The position numbers and the translations under genes were made by a program. A stretch of 64,000 bases of DNA from Verrucomicrobia bacterium UBA1200. Its GTDB lineage: Bacteria > Verrucomicrobiota > Kiritimatiellia > RFP12 > UBA1067. Location of the stretch: positions 134,361 to 198,360 of the forward strand of contig DBXY01000022.1 in assembly GCA_002309765.1 (NCBI GenBank). The letters run 5' to 3'. The notes beneath the pieces are model-generated. The model searched no databases. It saw only the letters and a program-made list of their open reading frames with translations, and was not told the origin of the DNA. Below are positions 1 through 7,737 of this stretch, one piece after another. How positions within the stretch are numbered: position 1 is the first letter of the stretch; every line of letters begins with the position of its first letter.

Positions 1-519
1 CACCAGCCGCAAGCAATCGTCCTTTCCGGGACGGAGTCCCGACAAATCCCACATGACCGAGATCGCTCGGTCATATTCCTGCGCCGCAGCCAGAGCGTGG
101 CGCAGAACGGTGACGGTACGTTCCCGATCTTGCGCCGGACGGGTCGCGCTTCCCCAGAACCGCTGCAGGAAGACACCGTCAAGGCCATACTCCTTCATCC
201 ACCGGAAGTGCGTCCGGACCGTCTGGGCATCGTCAGAACAAAAAAATCGCGCCGGTGTGCCGTCGGCATGCTTCAACCCGGTGGGATAGGTCTTCTCGTA
301 CTCCGAGACATCGGGCCACATATCAATCCGGACGCTGTTTTCATTCGGGAACATCACCCCGCCCGACGGATTGTGGAACCAACCCTGATACCCCGCCATA
401 ATCCGCCCGTCATAGGTCGGATAAACCGGATTCGCCGCATGTTTGGTTCCCGCCGCCATCACCTGTTGGCATCCCAAACAAACCGCCGCAACCGCAACCC
501 CAAACGACATTCTGTTCAT
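1..519 (-). CDS. secreted glycoside-hydrolase-like protein (partial; 3' end lies outside the window)
   Basis: Minus-strand frame is open from ATG at 519..517 to the window edge, so it is absent from the ORF track. The N-terminus MNRMSFGVAVAAVCLGCQQVMAAG looks like a Sec signal. Motifs MAGYQGWF, DMWPDVSEY and WMKEYGLDGVFLQRF resemble TIM-barrel GH99/GH71-like proteins that are often annotated xylosidase/arabinosidase. The plus-strand ORFs 53..289 and 97..531 look like antisense artefacts. Confidence 0.6.
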   Translation of the reverse strand, partial: MNRMSFGVAVAAVCLGCQQVMAAGTKHAANPVYPTYDGRIMAGYQGWFHNPSGGVMFPNENSVRIDMWPDVSEYEKTYPTGLKHADGTPARFFCSDDAQTVRTHFRWMKEYGLDGVFLQRFWGSATRPAQDRERTVTVLRHALAAAQEYDRAISVMWDLSGLRPGKDDCLRLV

Positions 520-867
520 ACGCACCTCTAACCAATTAAAAAACTCGAAAACTCCGGTCTACCTAAGCTTTATGATAAATAAACGATCAGGCATACTGTT
601 CATTGCCCGCCTGTCTGATTTTCAGTGAGACGGAAACGTTCTCACAAATATCGCCGCCGGCAAACGCAAGTAGAATGCGCCATTTTGCCGTCTACTATAA
701 TATGGCAATTATTTACGAAAATCAAGAATAGTTGCCATTCGCAATTATGCAAATCGTGATCAATATTGCTAATAATGTCAACCGGCAAACACCCAAGGCT
801 TGACCGATTCCGTATTTTTGCTATACTAATTATGATTTTTGTGGAAAAAAGCGAAAAGGAGATTGAG

Positions 868-2274
868 ATGAAAAGGCAAATGTTTTTTGCGTTGGCGGCA
901 ATAGGTATGGCGATGGCTTCATCGGCGGCGTATCAGGCGGGGTTCGCGCGGGTGGACACGGCACCTCCGTCGGGAATCCCTATACCCGGCTACTTTCATA
1001 AACGCGTGGCCGAAGGCACGCTAGACCCGATCTGCGTGGAATGCGTCGCCGTATCGGACGGGGAACACGCGGCACTAATCTATTCGGTTGACAACCTGCA
1101 CATCCCCAGTGTGTTCTTCAAACGCATCTTTCAAGAGATAACGGAGGCGACCGGGGTTTCGCGCGACCGGATATTTGTCCATTCGACGCACACCCACACC
1201 GGACCCACCGTTGGGACGCGCGACGCTTTTACGGAAGAGGAGAACCGATTGGCACGTGAGTATGCGGACAAGCTAATCAAACAGCTGGCGGAAACGGGCC
1301 GCGCGGCGCTTGAGGATTGCGCGCCGACAAAAATCGCCGCCGCAAAGACGGTCTGCACGGGCATTTCCGCCATCCGCCGTTACCGCATGAAGGACGGCTC
1401 GGTGCGGACAAATCCCGGCATCACGAATCCCAATGTGGAAGGTCCGCTCGGCACACCGGACGAGACGCTTCAGGTAATCCGCTTCAAGCGCACGGGCGCA
1501 CCCGACATCGCGATCGTCAATTTCGGTACCCATCCCGATACGGTCGGGGGAACGATGTATTCCGCCGACTGGCCGGGCGTGGTGCGCAAGACATTCGAGG
1601 CGGGCGTAGGTGACGGCGTAAAATGCCTCTTCCTCAACGCGGCGCAGGGTGACGTCAACCACCACATCCGCAATCCCTCGCCAGGGCGCGCGGCGCTCGC
1701 CCGCGCGGACATACACTTCCACATGGGTAGAGCCGTGGCCGGCGTGGCGATGGGCGTGTGGGATATCTGCGAGGAGATCCCGGACGGGCAGGTGCGCGGC
1801 GCGGTGACATCCGTTCGAATGCCGGCCAATGTGCCGACCGCCGACGAGATCAAATGGGTGGAGCTTTTCGACGCGGGAAAGAAGGAAGAGATTCCGCTCG
1901 GAAGCATGGAGATCATGACACTGACGAGTCCCGGTTCCCGCGTCCGAACCCTGCGGAACGGTCCCGACCACTTTGACATCCTGGTATCCTCCATCGCGAT
2001 CGGCGACTCGATCGCCTTCGCGGGTCTGCCGTGCGAACCGTTTGTCGATATCGGGCGCGACATCAAAGCGCAATCGCCATTCCGCACAACGATCATAAGC
2101 TGCCTCACCAACGGGGCGGAGGGATACATCCCTTCCACGAAAGCGCATCAGGAGGGCGGCTACGAAGGTCTATCCTCACGATTTGCGGCGGCGACGGGCG
2201 ACCGGTTAGTCGCCGCGCAGGTTGAGCAACTGAAGAGACTGTACAAAAATGAAGAAGCTAAATTAACGGAATAA
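868..2274 (+). CDS. neutral/alkaline ceramidase-like N-terminal-domain hydrolase, secreted
   Basis: Start trimmed to ATG 868 (MKRQMFFALAAIGMAMASSAA signal, preceded by AAAAGGAG). GFARVDTAPPSGIPIPGYF...DPICVECVAVSDG...SVDNL and HSTHTHTGP fit the bacterial neutral-ceramidase N-terminal domain pattern. Confidence 0.6.
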   Translation: MKRQMFFALAAIGMAMASSAAYQAGFARVDTAPPSGIPIPGYFHKRVAEGTLDPICVECVAVSDGEHAALIYSVDNLHIPSVFFKRIFQEITEATGVSRDRIFVHSTHTHTGPTVGTRDAFTEEENRLAREYADKLIKQLAETGRAALEDCAPTKIAAAKTVCTGISAIRRYRMKDGSVRTNPGITNPNVEGPLGTPDETLQVIRFKRTGAPDIAIVNFGTHPDTVGGTMYSADWPGVVRKTFEAGVGDGVKCLFLNAAQGDVNHHIRNPSPGRAALARADIHFHMGRAVAGVAMGVWDICEEIPDGQVRGAVTSVRMPANVPTADEIKWVELFDAGKKEEIPLGSMEIMTLTSPGSRVRTLRNGPDHFDILVSSIAIGDSIAFAGLPCEPFVDIGRDIKAQSPFRTTIISCLTNGAEGYIPSTKAHQEGGYEGLSSRFAAATGDRLVAAQVEQLKRLYKNEEAKLTE

Positions 2275-2326
2275 GCGGATAAGACATCTCGCGCGCGGTG
2301 ATGTGAGGCATGGTAAAACCGCCATA

Positions 2327-3829
2327 CTACCGCGCCACCTTCATTTCAAACGGAGATGCGGGAAGCCCGCCACTGTTGACTAGATTCACATCGGGATCCG
2401 GTGCCCAAGCGTACCGGACCGCCTGCGGATCGGTTGCCCCCTCCGGAATGATCAACCGGACGGTATCGGAGGATTGGATCGCTGCCGCCACCGGCAGGCT
2501 TTTGCCGTCTGCGCCGACTACCTCGAAGGTGCGGGGTGATTGCCCGTCCGTCAACCGAAGCGATTCCCCCACATCCCGAAACGTAACGAGAATATCGCGT
2601 CCCTCCAACCGGACCCGTACCGGCGTCGGCGACCTAGAAACGATTTTTCGGCCATAGCAATCCGCTAGGGCAAGCCGCGTCAACCGGTCAACCACTTTCC
2701 TTTTGTCTCGGGGGTGAAGCTCCATCTCGTGCCCGTCAATCGTCACCGCCAAACCCGTATGCGGGATCGTCTCGGATAAAATCCGCTGCACGTCGCGGAT
2801 GCGGACCCAATGCTGTTCCCGATAGTCCGGCAACTGGACGATCATCAGCGGCAAATCCGGATCCTCGAAGGCGAACCGCAAGCGCGCCGCAAAGAACGGG
2901 AACTGTTTCAGATATAGTTGCCACCCCGTATTCATCTCGCCTTGATACCAGAGAACCCCGCGCACGCGGTACGGCAGAATCGGACACATCATCGCATTCC
3001 AGGATTGCGAGGGGCGGCTCTCGAAATTGATGCGGGGGAAAGGCAGGTTCCGGTCCTTCTCCGGACGATTCTCCCACCGGGTGATATCGTTACGACGCCA
3101 CTCCTCGCAACGCCGCATCAGCTCCTCCGCCTCTTTCTCCGTCCCTGCCGCCACAATCGTCTCCCGGCTCATCCAAGTCTCCAGATTCGCCCCGCCCGCC
3201 GCGACACCCAACACACCGATCGGAACATCCAACTCCTCATGCATCCGTTTGGCAAAGAAAGTCATCAGCATCGACATCTGTTCCGACGCCTTGCGGTTCT
3301 CCGGCGTGTACGTCAGCCACCGGCACCGCTCCGGGAGATCGAACATTGAGCGCGGGGAGGGATCCCCGTCTTTAGGGACGTGGAAATACCGAACCGTCTC
3401 CGGAATGACACCGCCCTTCGCGATAGTCTTTCCTTCTTCGCAGAGGTCCAACGGGAAATCCATGTTGGATTGCCCCGTTCCCAGCCACACCTCGCCAACC
3501 AGAACATCCCGGAAGTCGATTCGGTTTTCTCCCTCCACCGTGAGCGTGGTTCCCTGCCGCACATATCCGCTAGGCGGCAAATCCACGCGCCAACTTCCCG
3601 TTGGATCGGCCGTTGTCTGGCGAACCGTCCCCGCGAATGACACCCGGACCTCCTCGCCGGGTGCCGCCTTACCCCAAACCGGCACCGACTGTTTCGCCTG
3701 AAGCACCATCCGGTCGGTGAAAATCGCGGCGGCCCGAACCTTCGCGGAAAGCGGAAAAGCGAAACCGATAATCAGCGAGAATGCCGCAAGCCAGAACACC
3801 CCGCTCTTGTTCATCATCCTCCTACTCAT
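2327..3829 (-). CDS. sialate O-acetylesterase (SASA/DUF303, SGNH-type)
   Basis: GEVWLGTGQSNM (GQSN catalytic block) and VLWYQGE motifs, plus an N-terminal signal. The start overlaps the upstream GH2 stop as ATGA (3826..3829). An alternative start is at 3817/3814, right after AGGAGG. Confidence 0.8.
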   Translation of the reverse strand: MSRRMMNKSGVFWLAAFSLIIGFAFPLSAKVRAAAIFTDRMVLQAKQSVPVWGKAAPGEEVRVSFAGTVRQTTADPTGSWRVDLPPSGYVRQGTTLTVEGENRIDFRDVLVGEVWLGTGQSNMDFPLDLCEEGKTIAKGGVIPETVRYFHVPKDGDPSPRSMFDLPERCRWLTYTPENRKASEQMSMLMTFFAKRMHEELDVPIGVLGVAAGGANLETWMSRETIVAAGTEKEAEELMRRCEEWRRNDITRWENRPEKDRNLPFPRINFESRPSQSWNAMMCPILPYRVRGVLWYQGEMNTGWQLYLKQFPFFAARLRFAFEDPDLPLMIVQLPDYREQHWVRIRDVQRILSETIPHTGLAVTIDGHEMELHPRDKRKVVDRLTRLALADCYGRKIVSRSPTPVRVRLEGRDILVTFRDVGESLRLTDGQSPRTFEVVGADGKSLPVAAAIQSSDTVRLIIPEGATDPQAVRYAWAPDPDVNLVNSGGLPASPFEMKVAR

Positions 3830-6800
3830 TCGGGAATGATCTCCAATCCGTTGATCCGCGCGTCGCGATGCTCATCCGCGAGACGTTTTCCGTTCACAAA
3901 CTCCAACACAATTTTCCCCTCGTCATCGCTCTGGATGTGTTTGACCTCCACCACGACACCCTTCCATAGCCCGCCCGCCGCGCCGGCGGCGTCAAAATCG
4001 TTCAGGATCACCTTCCCGTTCGCCTTCACATCGAACCGGCACTTACCGGGACCCTTTTCTCGGGAATGCTCGGCCCAATGGAATCGTACCGTATACGGAT
4101 GATTCTTGGCGGTCATCAGGCAGGTATAGACACTTTGCCCCCACCGCACGCTACGGTAAATGTCGGGCGGCCCAGCCATCTTCGTTTCAGACAGGTCCAT
4201 GTCTTCCGTCTGGAAACCGCACGCGCCCTCCAAGAAACCGGGATCCTGCGCAAAGTTTCCGCGCGCATAACCGCCGCAGTTAATCCGCACTGTTGACTGC
4301 GGTTTCTGGGGGCGGGGCAGGAAGGTGAATCCCTTTTGGTGCGCCCACATGGGAGCGTCAACCGAAGCCGTCTCGTTCGGCATCACCCGATCCCCTTTCG
4401 CGACGGTGACGTTCCATCCGTCCAGATATACGATCGGCTCGTCGTCTTTCAAATCCTCCGCCGCGCAGGAAATTTGGATTAACCGCCGCTTCTTGGGCAG
4501 AATCGAGAAATAGTTGTCGCTGTAGGTTACGGGCAGTATCCGCTTCCCGCTCTTTTTCCCGCGCAGCTGTAAATGGGTCAGCAAGGCCACGGTCCCGCTG
4601 TTGTTAGCCAATTCCACTTTTACGACCCGCTTGCCAGCGGCCTGTTCGGCCGAGACGGAGGCAACATCCAACGTGACTCGCGGCAACCTGTCAAGCTCTT
4701 TAAGGTCGTCATACTCGACCAACCGGTTGTCATCGCGCAGGTCATCCGTCTTGGCGGGGTTGCAGGCGCGGTTGTGCCAATAGAAATTCTCGCTGACCAG
4801 CTTCTTCTGCGCGTCAAATAGTTCCAACTCAAAGAAATGTACCTTCGACAGGTTCTCTGGCCACTTAACCGTCCCCAGCGTCGTCACTGCGGTTCTGTCC
4901 ACCATCACCGGCCAAGTGGAGTTACCAGCAACGCTGCAGTCCAAATTGTAAAACGTCGCCTGCGCCGATCCAGAAAAAGGCGCGGGGTCGTGGTTGACCA
5001 CTTGGACAATACCGCCGTCCGCAGATTCGTTGAAGAAAATGTGGCGCGGCTCACACGCCTTTTTGATTCCGAAATAAGTAGCGTGGGGATCAAGGTCGTA
5101 CGGCAGCATCTGCCAAATCAAACTGGGTTGGGCGGGAATGCTCATCCAAAGCAGTACCCCCTGCATGGGGGCGAACATCCGCCCGATCCGCCCCTCGTAA
5201 ATCGCACGGTGCGTCTCGTAGTTCATCATCTGCGCCTTGCGGACGAAATCCGGGAAGTTTTTCGGTTCGCCGTACCGCGTCTTCATGAACCGCGGATACT
5301 TGCGGCCGCCCGCCGAGCAGAAATTGTGTTCCGCCCAAGAATCGGTAATCCCCTCCCACTCGGAAGCGGGGAACATCGACATCAGCGATTCGATGGTCGG
5401 CAATGAAAAGCTGCCGATTTCGGTCTTGAAGCTCTCCCTCCGATTCCAATTCGGATCCTCGTAAAAACGGGCAAGCCGCGCCGGAGGTGTCCAGTCATAC
5501 GGTCCACCGGAATTGAAACCGTTCCCGTCTCCGGAGTTGGGCTGATAATGCCGCGTCGGATCGGTTTCCAGCAGCACCTGCCGCACCGCGTCGTCCAGAT
5601 ACTTCGGCGGTGTTGCCTCATTGCGGCTGCACCAGAGAACAATCGACGGGTGGTTGCGAAGACGGAGTGCCGCATCCCGGACGTGAGCGAGATAAAGGTC
5701 GGTATTGATTGGATCCGCGCTGTTGATTTGCCAAAACTCTTCCCACAGCAAGATGCCATACCGGTCGCAAGCATCGGCGAGTTCATCGCTCATGCTCTGT
5801 CCGCCCCAATCGCGGATAAAATTGAGGTTCGCCTCGCGGTGCATACGGACCTGATGGTCGATTCGCGTCCGGTTGACCCGTTTCAGCGCCTCGTCAAGGC
5901 CCCAATTCCCGCCGCGCATAAAGACACGTACTCCGTTCACGCGCAGCGCCAGATTCGGATTGCCCGGCTCGAAGTAGGAAAACTTTCGGATACCGAACGG
6001 GACGCTGCTTTGATCGCTTACCACGCCATCCGCAGTAAAAACGGCATCCAGCCGATAAAGATGGGGTTCCCCCAGACCGTTCGGCCACCAAAGCCGGGGT
6101 TTCGCCAGAGTCAGCTGAGGCTCCTCATCCGGCGTAAACGAAACCGTCTTGCTCCGCCACGGGGCAAGCTCGACCCGTCTTTCCATCGTCACCGAATCAA
6201 ACGCCACCTTGAGCGTGCCAGAAACTGGCCGTTCCGTCACGTTCCGGAGTGGGATATCAATGCGTACCGTGGCGACATCCAATCGCGGCAAATTTGGGAG
6301 ATCGGTAACAACGGCGGGATCCTCCATCACCGCACGGCCGGTGGCGGTCAGCGTGACCTTACGCCAAATGCCGCTGTTACGGTCGCGGATACCGCTCAAC
6401 CAATCCCACCCGACCGCGCATCCGAAGGTGGGGCCGTCCAAACGGCCCACGCCGCCACACGGACCGCCGGTCGATCCCATCACATGTTCAGACGGCACCC
6501 CCACCGTCGGCTGCGGCGAAATCCTCACCGCGATGGACATCTCCTCGCCGGGCTTCACGTCGCACCGCGAAAGATCGAATCTACCGCGCTTGAACGCGCC
6601 CATCATCCGCCCCGCGATTCGCCCGTTGACCCAGATTTCGGCGGCGTAGTTGATACCGTCGAACGTCAGCCAAACCACCCGGTCCTTAAACCGTTCCGGC
6701 ACCCTTACCTGTGTACGATACCACCAATCTTTGCGGCATAGCGATTCGGGGATTTTTTCAGGGCGGTTATTCTCATCGTAAAGCGGTTCGGGATAGGCCC

Positions 6801-7071
6801 CGTTGTTCACCAGCGTCGTCAGGATTGTTCCCGGAACCGTTGCCGGATACCACTCGCCATCGTTGAACCCGTTCCGTGAGATGGTTTTTCCCTCCTCCGA
6901 CTGTTTAGCGGAATTTTCCCTGAACCACCCCTCCTTAACTGCCTGCTGATAGACTACCGTCGCATCCTGAAGCTTCCAATTGTTCAGCTCGATCCCGTCC
7001 GCCGCCACCATCGTCTGATGGCATCCCAAACAAACCGCCGCAACCGTAAACCCAAACGCCATTCTGTTCAT
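3826..7071 (-). CDS. glycoside hydrolase family 2 (beta-mannosidase / exo-beta-glucosaminidase-like) with C-terminal malectin-like domain
   Basis: Start trimmed to ATG 7071 (MNRMAFGFTVAAVCLGCHQTMVAA signal). GEWYPATVPGTILTTLVNNGAYPEPLYDENN and WCSRNE (acid/base NE) are GH2-like. The C-terminal VRINCGGYARGNF...YRSVRWG fits a malectin-type carbohydrate-binding domain. Confidence 0.8.
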   Translation of the reverse strand: MNRMAFGFTVAAVCLGCHQTMVAADGIELNNWKLQDATVVYQQAVKEGWFRENSAKQSEEGKTISRNGFNDGEWYPATVPGTILTTLVNNGAYPEPLYDENNRPEKIPESLCRKDWWYRTQVRVPERFKDRVVWLTFDGINYAAEIWVNGRIAGRMMGAFKRGRFDLSRCDVKPGEEMSIAVRISPQPTVGVPSEHVMGSTGGPCGGVGRLDGPTFGCAVGWDWLSGIRDRNSGIWRKVTLTATGRAVMEDPAVVTDLPNLPRLDVATVRIDIPLRNVTERPVSGTLKVAFDSVTMERRVELAPWRSKTVSFTPDEEPQLTLAKPRLWWPNGLGEPHLYRLDAVFTADGVVSDQSSVPFGIRKFSYFEPGNPNLALRVNGVRVFMRGGNWGLDEALKRVNRTRIDHQVRMHREANLNFIRDWGGQSMSDELADACDRYGILLWEEFWQINSADPINTDLYLAHVRDAALRLRNHPSIVLWCSRNEATPPKYLDDAVRQVLLETDPTRHYQPNSGDGNGFNSGGPYDWTPPARLARFYEDPNWNRRESFKTEIGSFSLPTIESLMSMFPASEWEGITDSWAEHNFCSAGGRKYPRFMKTRYGEPKNFPDFVRKAQMMNYETHRAIYEGRIGRMFAPMQGVLLWMSIPAQPSLIWQMLPYDLDPHATYFGIKKACEPRHIFFNESADGGIVQVVNHDPAPFSGSAQATFYNLDCSVAGNSTWPVMVDRTAVTTLGTVKWPENLSKVHFFELELFDAQKKLVSENFYWHNRACNPAKTDDLRDDNRLVEYDDLKELDRLPRVTLDVASVSAEQAAGKRVVKVELANNSGTVALLTHLQLRGKKSGKRILPVTYSDNYFSILPKKRRLIQISCAAEDLKDDEPIVYLDGWNVTVAKGDRVMPNETASVDAPMWAHQKGFTFLPRPQKPQSTVRINCGGYARGNFAQDPGFLEGACGFQTEDMDLSETKMAGPPDIYRSVRWGQSVYTCLMTAKNHPYTVRFHWAEHSREKGPGKCRFDVKANGKVILNDFDAAGAAGGLWKGVVVEVKHIQSDDEGKIVLEFVNGKRLADEHRDARINGLEIIPE

Positions 7072-7184
7072 GCACACCTCTAATCGATGAACCCTTTTTA
7101 AACACTCGTTAAACAAAAGGCTTAATTATTAATAAACGAATAAACGGAAGATTCATTGCCCAACGATTGATAATAGTCGTTAGG

Positions 7185-7223
7185 GGTTAGCCCGTCGCCC
7201 GCGCGGGGCGGGGGCGGCGGGCT
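7185..7223. repeat. GGTTAGCCCG-type GC-rich hairpin element, copy 1
   Basis: The ggttagcccgtcgccc...ggggcggcgggct arms pair over about 12 bp. The same GGTTAGCCCGC head recurs at 7409 and 13038. Confidence 0.5.
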
Positions 7224-7408
7224 TATCTATCTCCAACCGCAATCTCTTAATCTTGTAAATAATGTTAATCCTGTCTGAAGAAAAAAGGCGGTGTGGGGCT
7301 CACGCTCATCGCCTCAACCATCTTTTTCAGCTCTGTGCTTCTTTCTTTAGGTCAACAAGAAAGTGTCAACCTATCGTAAAACAGGACAATCAGAAAATTT
7401 TAATTTGC

Positions 7409-7438
7409 GGTTAGCCCGCCGCCCGCGCTTCGCACGGG
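7409..7438 (+). repeat. GGTTAGCCCGC element, copy 2
   Basis: ggttagcccgccgcccgcgcttcgcacggg, followed by ..ataacttt. Homologous to 13038..13089. Confidence 0.55.
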
Positions 7439-7464
7439 AATGTAAACGAGAATAACTTTGATGA

Positions 7465-7548
7465 TTGCTTTCGCTATTGGGAGTCTCGGAGTTAAGGAGA
7501 AAATTCATCAATTTACTCATTCTCCAAAACTCCCAGCAGCGAAAGCAA
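7465..7548. repeat. 84-nt long hairpin / MITE-like insertion
   Basis: The 20-nt arms are TTGCTTTCGCTATTGGGAGT (7465..7484) and ACTCCCAGCAGCGAAAGCAA (7529..7548), pairing at 18/20. A nested inner stem is GGAGAA (7496..7501) / TTCTCC (7520..7525). The hairpin is absent from the homologous repeat copy at 13038..13151. Confidence 0.6.
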
Positions 7549-7581
7549 GTAAGAGGAAATAAAGGAAGTTATAGGCAAGAG

Positions 7582-7623
7582 CGTGTAAATCTTTGCGAAC
7601 ATTACGCTCTTTGCGGCTAAAAA
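7582..7623 (+). repeat. phased 9-mer element, copy A
   Basis: CGTGTAAAT CTTTGCGAA CATTACGCT CTTTGCGGC TAAAAA. It ends 17 nt upstream of the -35 box at 7641. Confidence 0.7.
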
Positions 7624-7640
7624 CCGTTTTAAAAGATGAC

Positions 7641-7669
7641 TTGACATCTGGGACCGTTTTCCCTACAAT
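7641..7669 (+). promoter_or_regulatory. sigma-70-type promoter candidate for the tandem propeller genes
   Basis: TTGACA (7641..7646), a 17-nt spacer, then TACAAT (7664..7669), about 70 nt upstream of ATG 7738. Confidence 0.55.
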
Positions 7670-7737
7670 TCAAGCTATGAAATTTAAAAATACAATTCAC
7701 TCAATGAGTAGTGCTTTTTACTAGAAGGAGGACAAGA

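Noticed and set aside
766-867. Extended N-termini offered by the ORF track (766, 7116, 7711, 15512, 30465, 33320, 37064, 39509, 40456, 40927, 57380)
   Set aside because: The extensions start at TTG/GTG or at distant ATG codons, lack an SD, and precede an internal ATG that has a good SD and is immediately followed by a signal peptide. The starts were trimmed accordingly. Exact starts remain predictions.
5548-6741. 397-aa plus-strand ORF inside the GH2 gene, plus similar antisense ORFs (for example 1273..2148, 8158..8856, 12105..13076, 22744..23580, 38022..38897, 56256..57404)
   Set aside because: All lie opposite or out of frame to motif-supported genes and have a biased R/P/G/A composition. 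They are treated as high-GC artefacts.
7117-7710. tRNA, riboswitch or small protein gene in the 594-nt gap (and in the other gaps 13014..13327, 37059..37295, 41110..41484, 50790..51012)
   Set aside because: By eye I found no cloverleaf-compatible sequence, no recognisable riboswitch core and no SD-preceded ORF. These gaps are explained better by repeats and promoters. A covariance-model scan (Infernal/Rfam, tRNAscan-SE) would be decisive.
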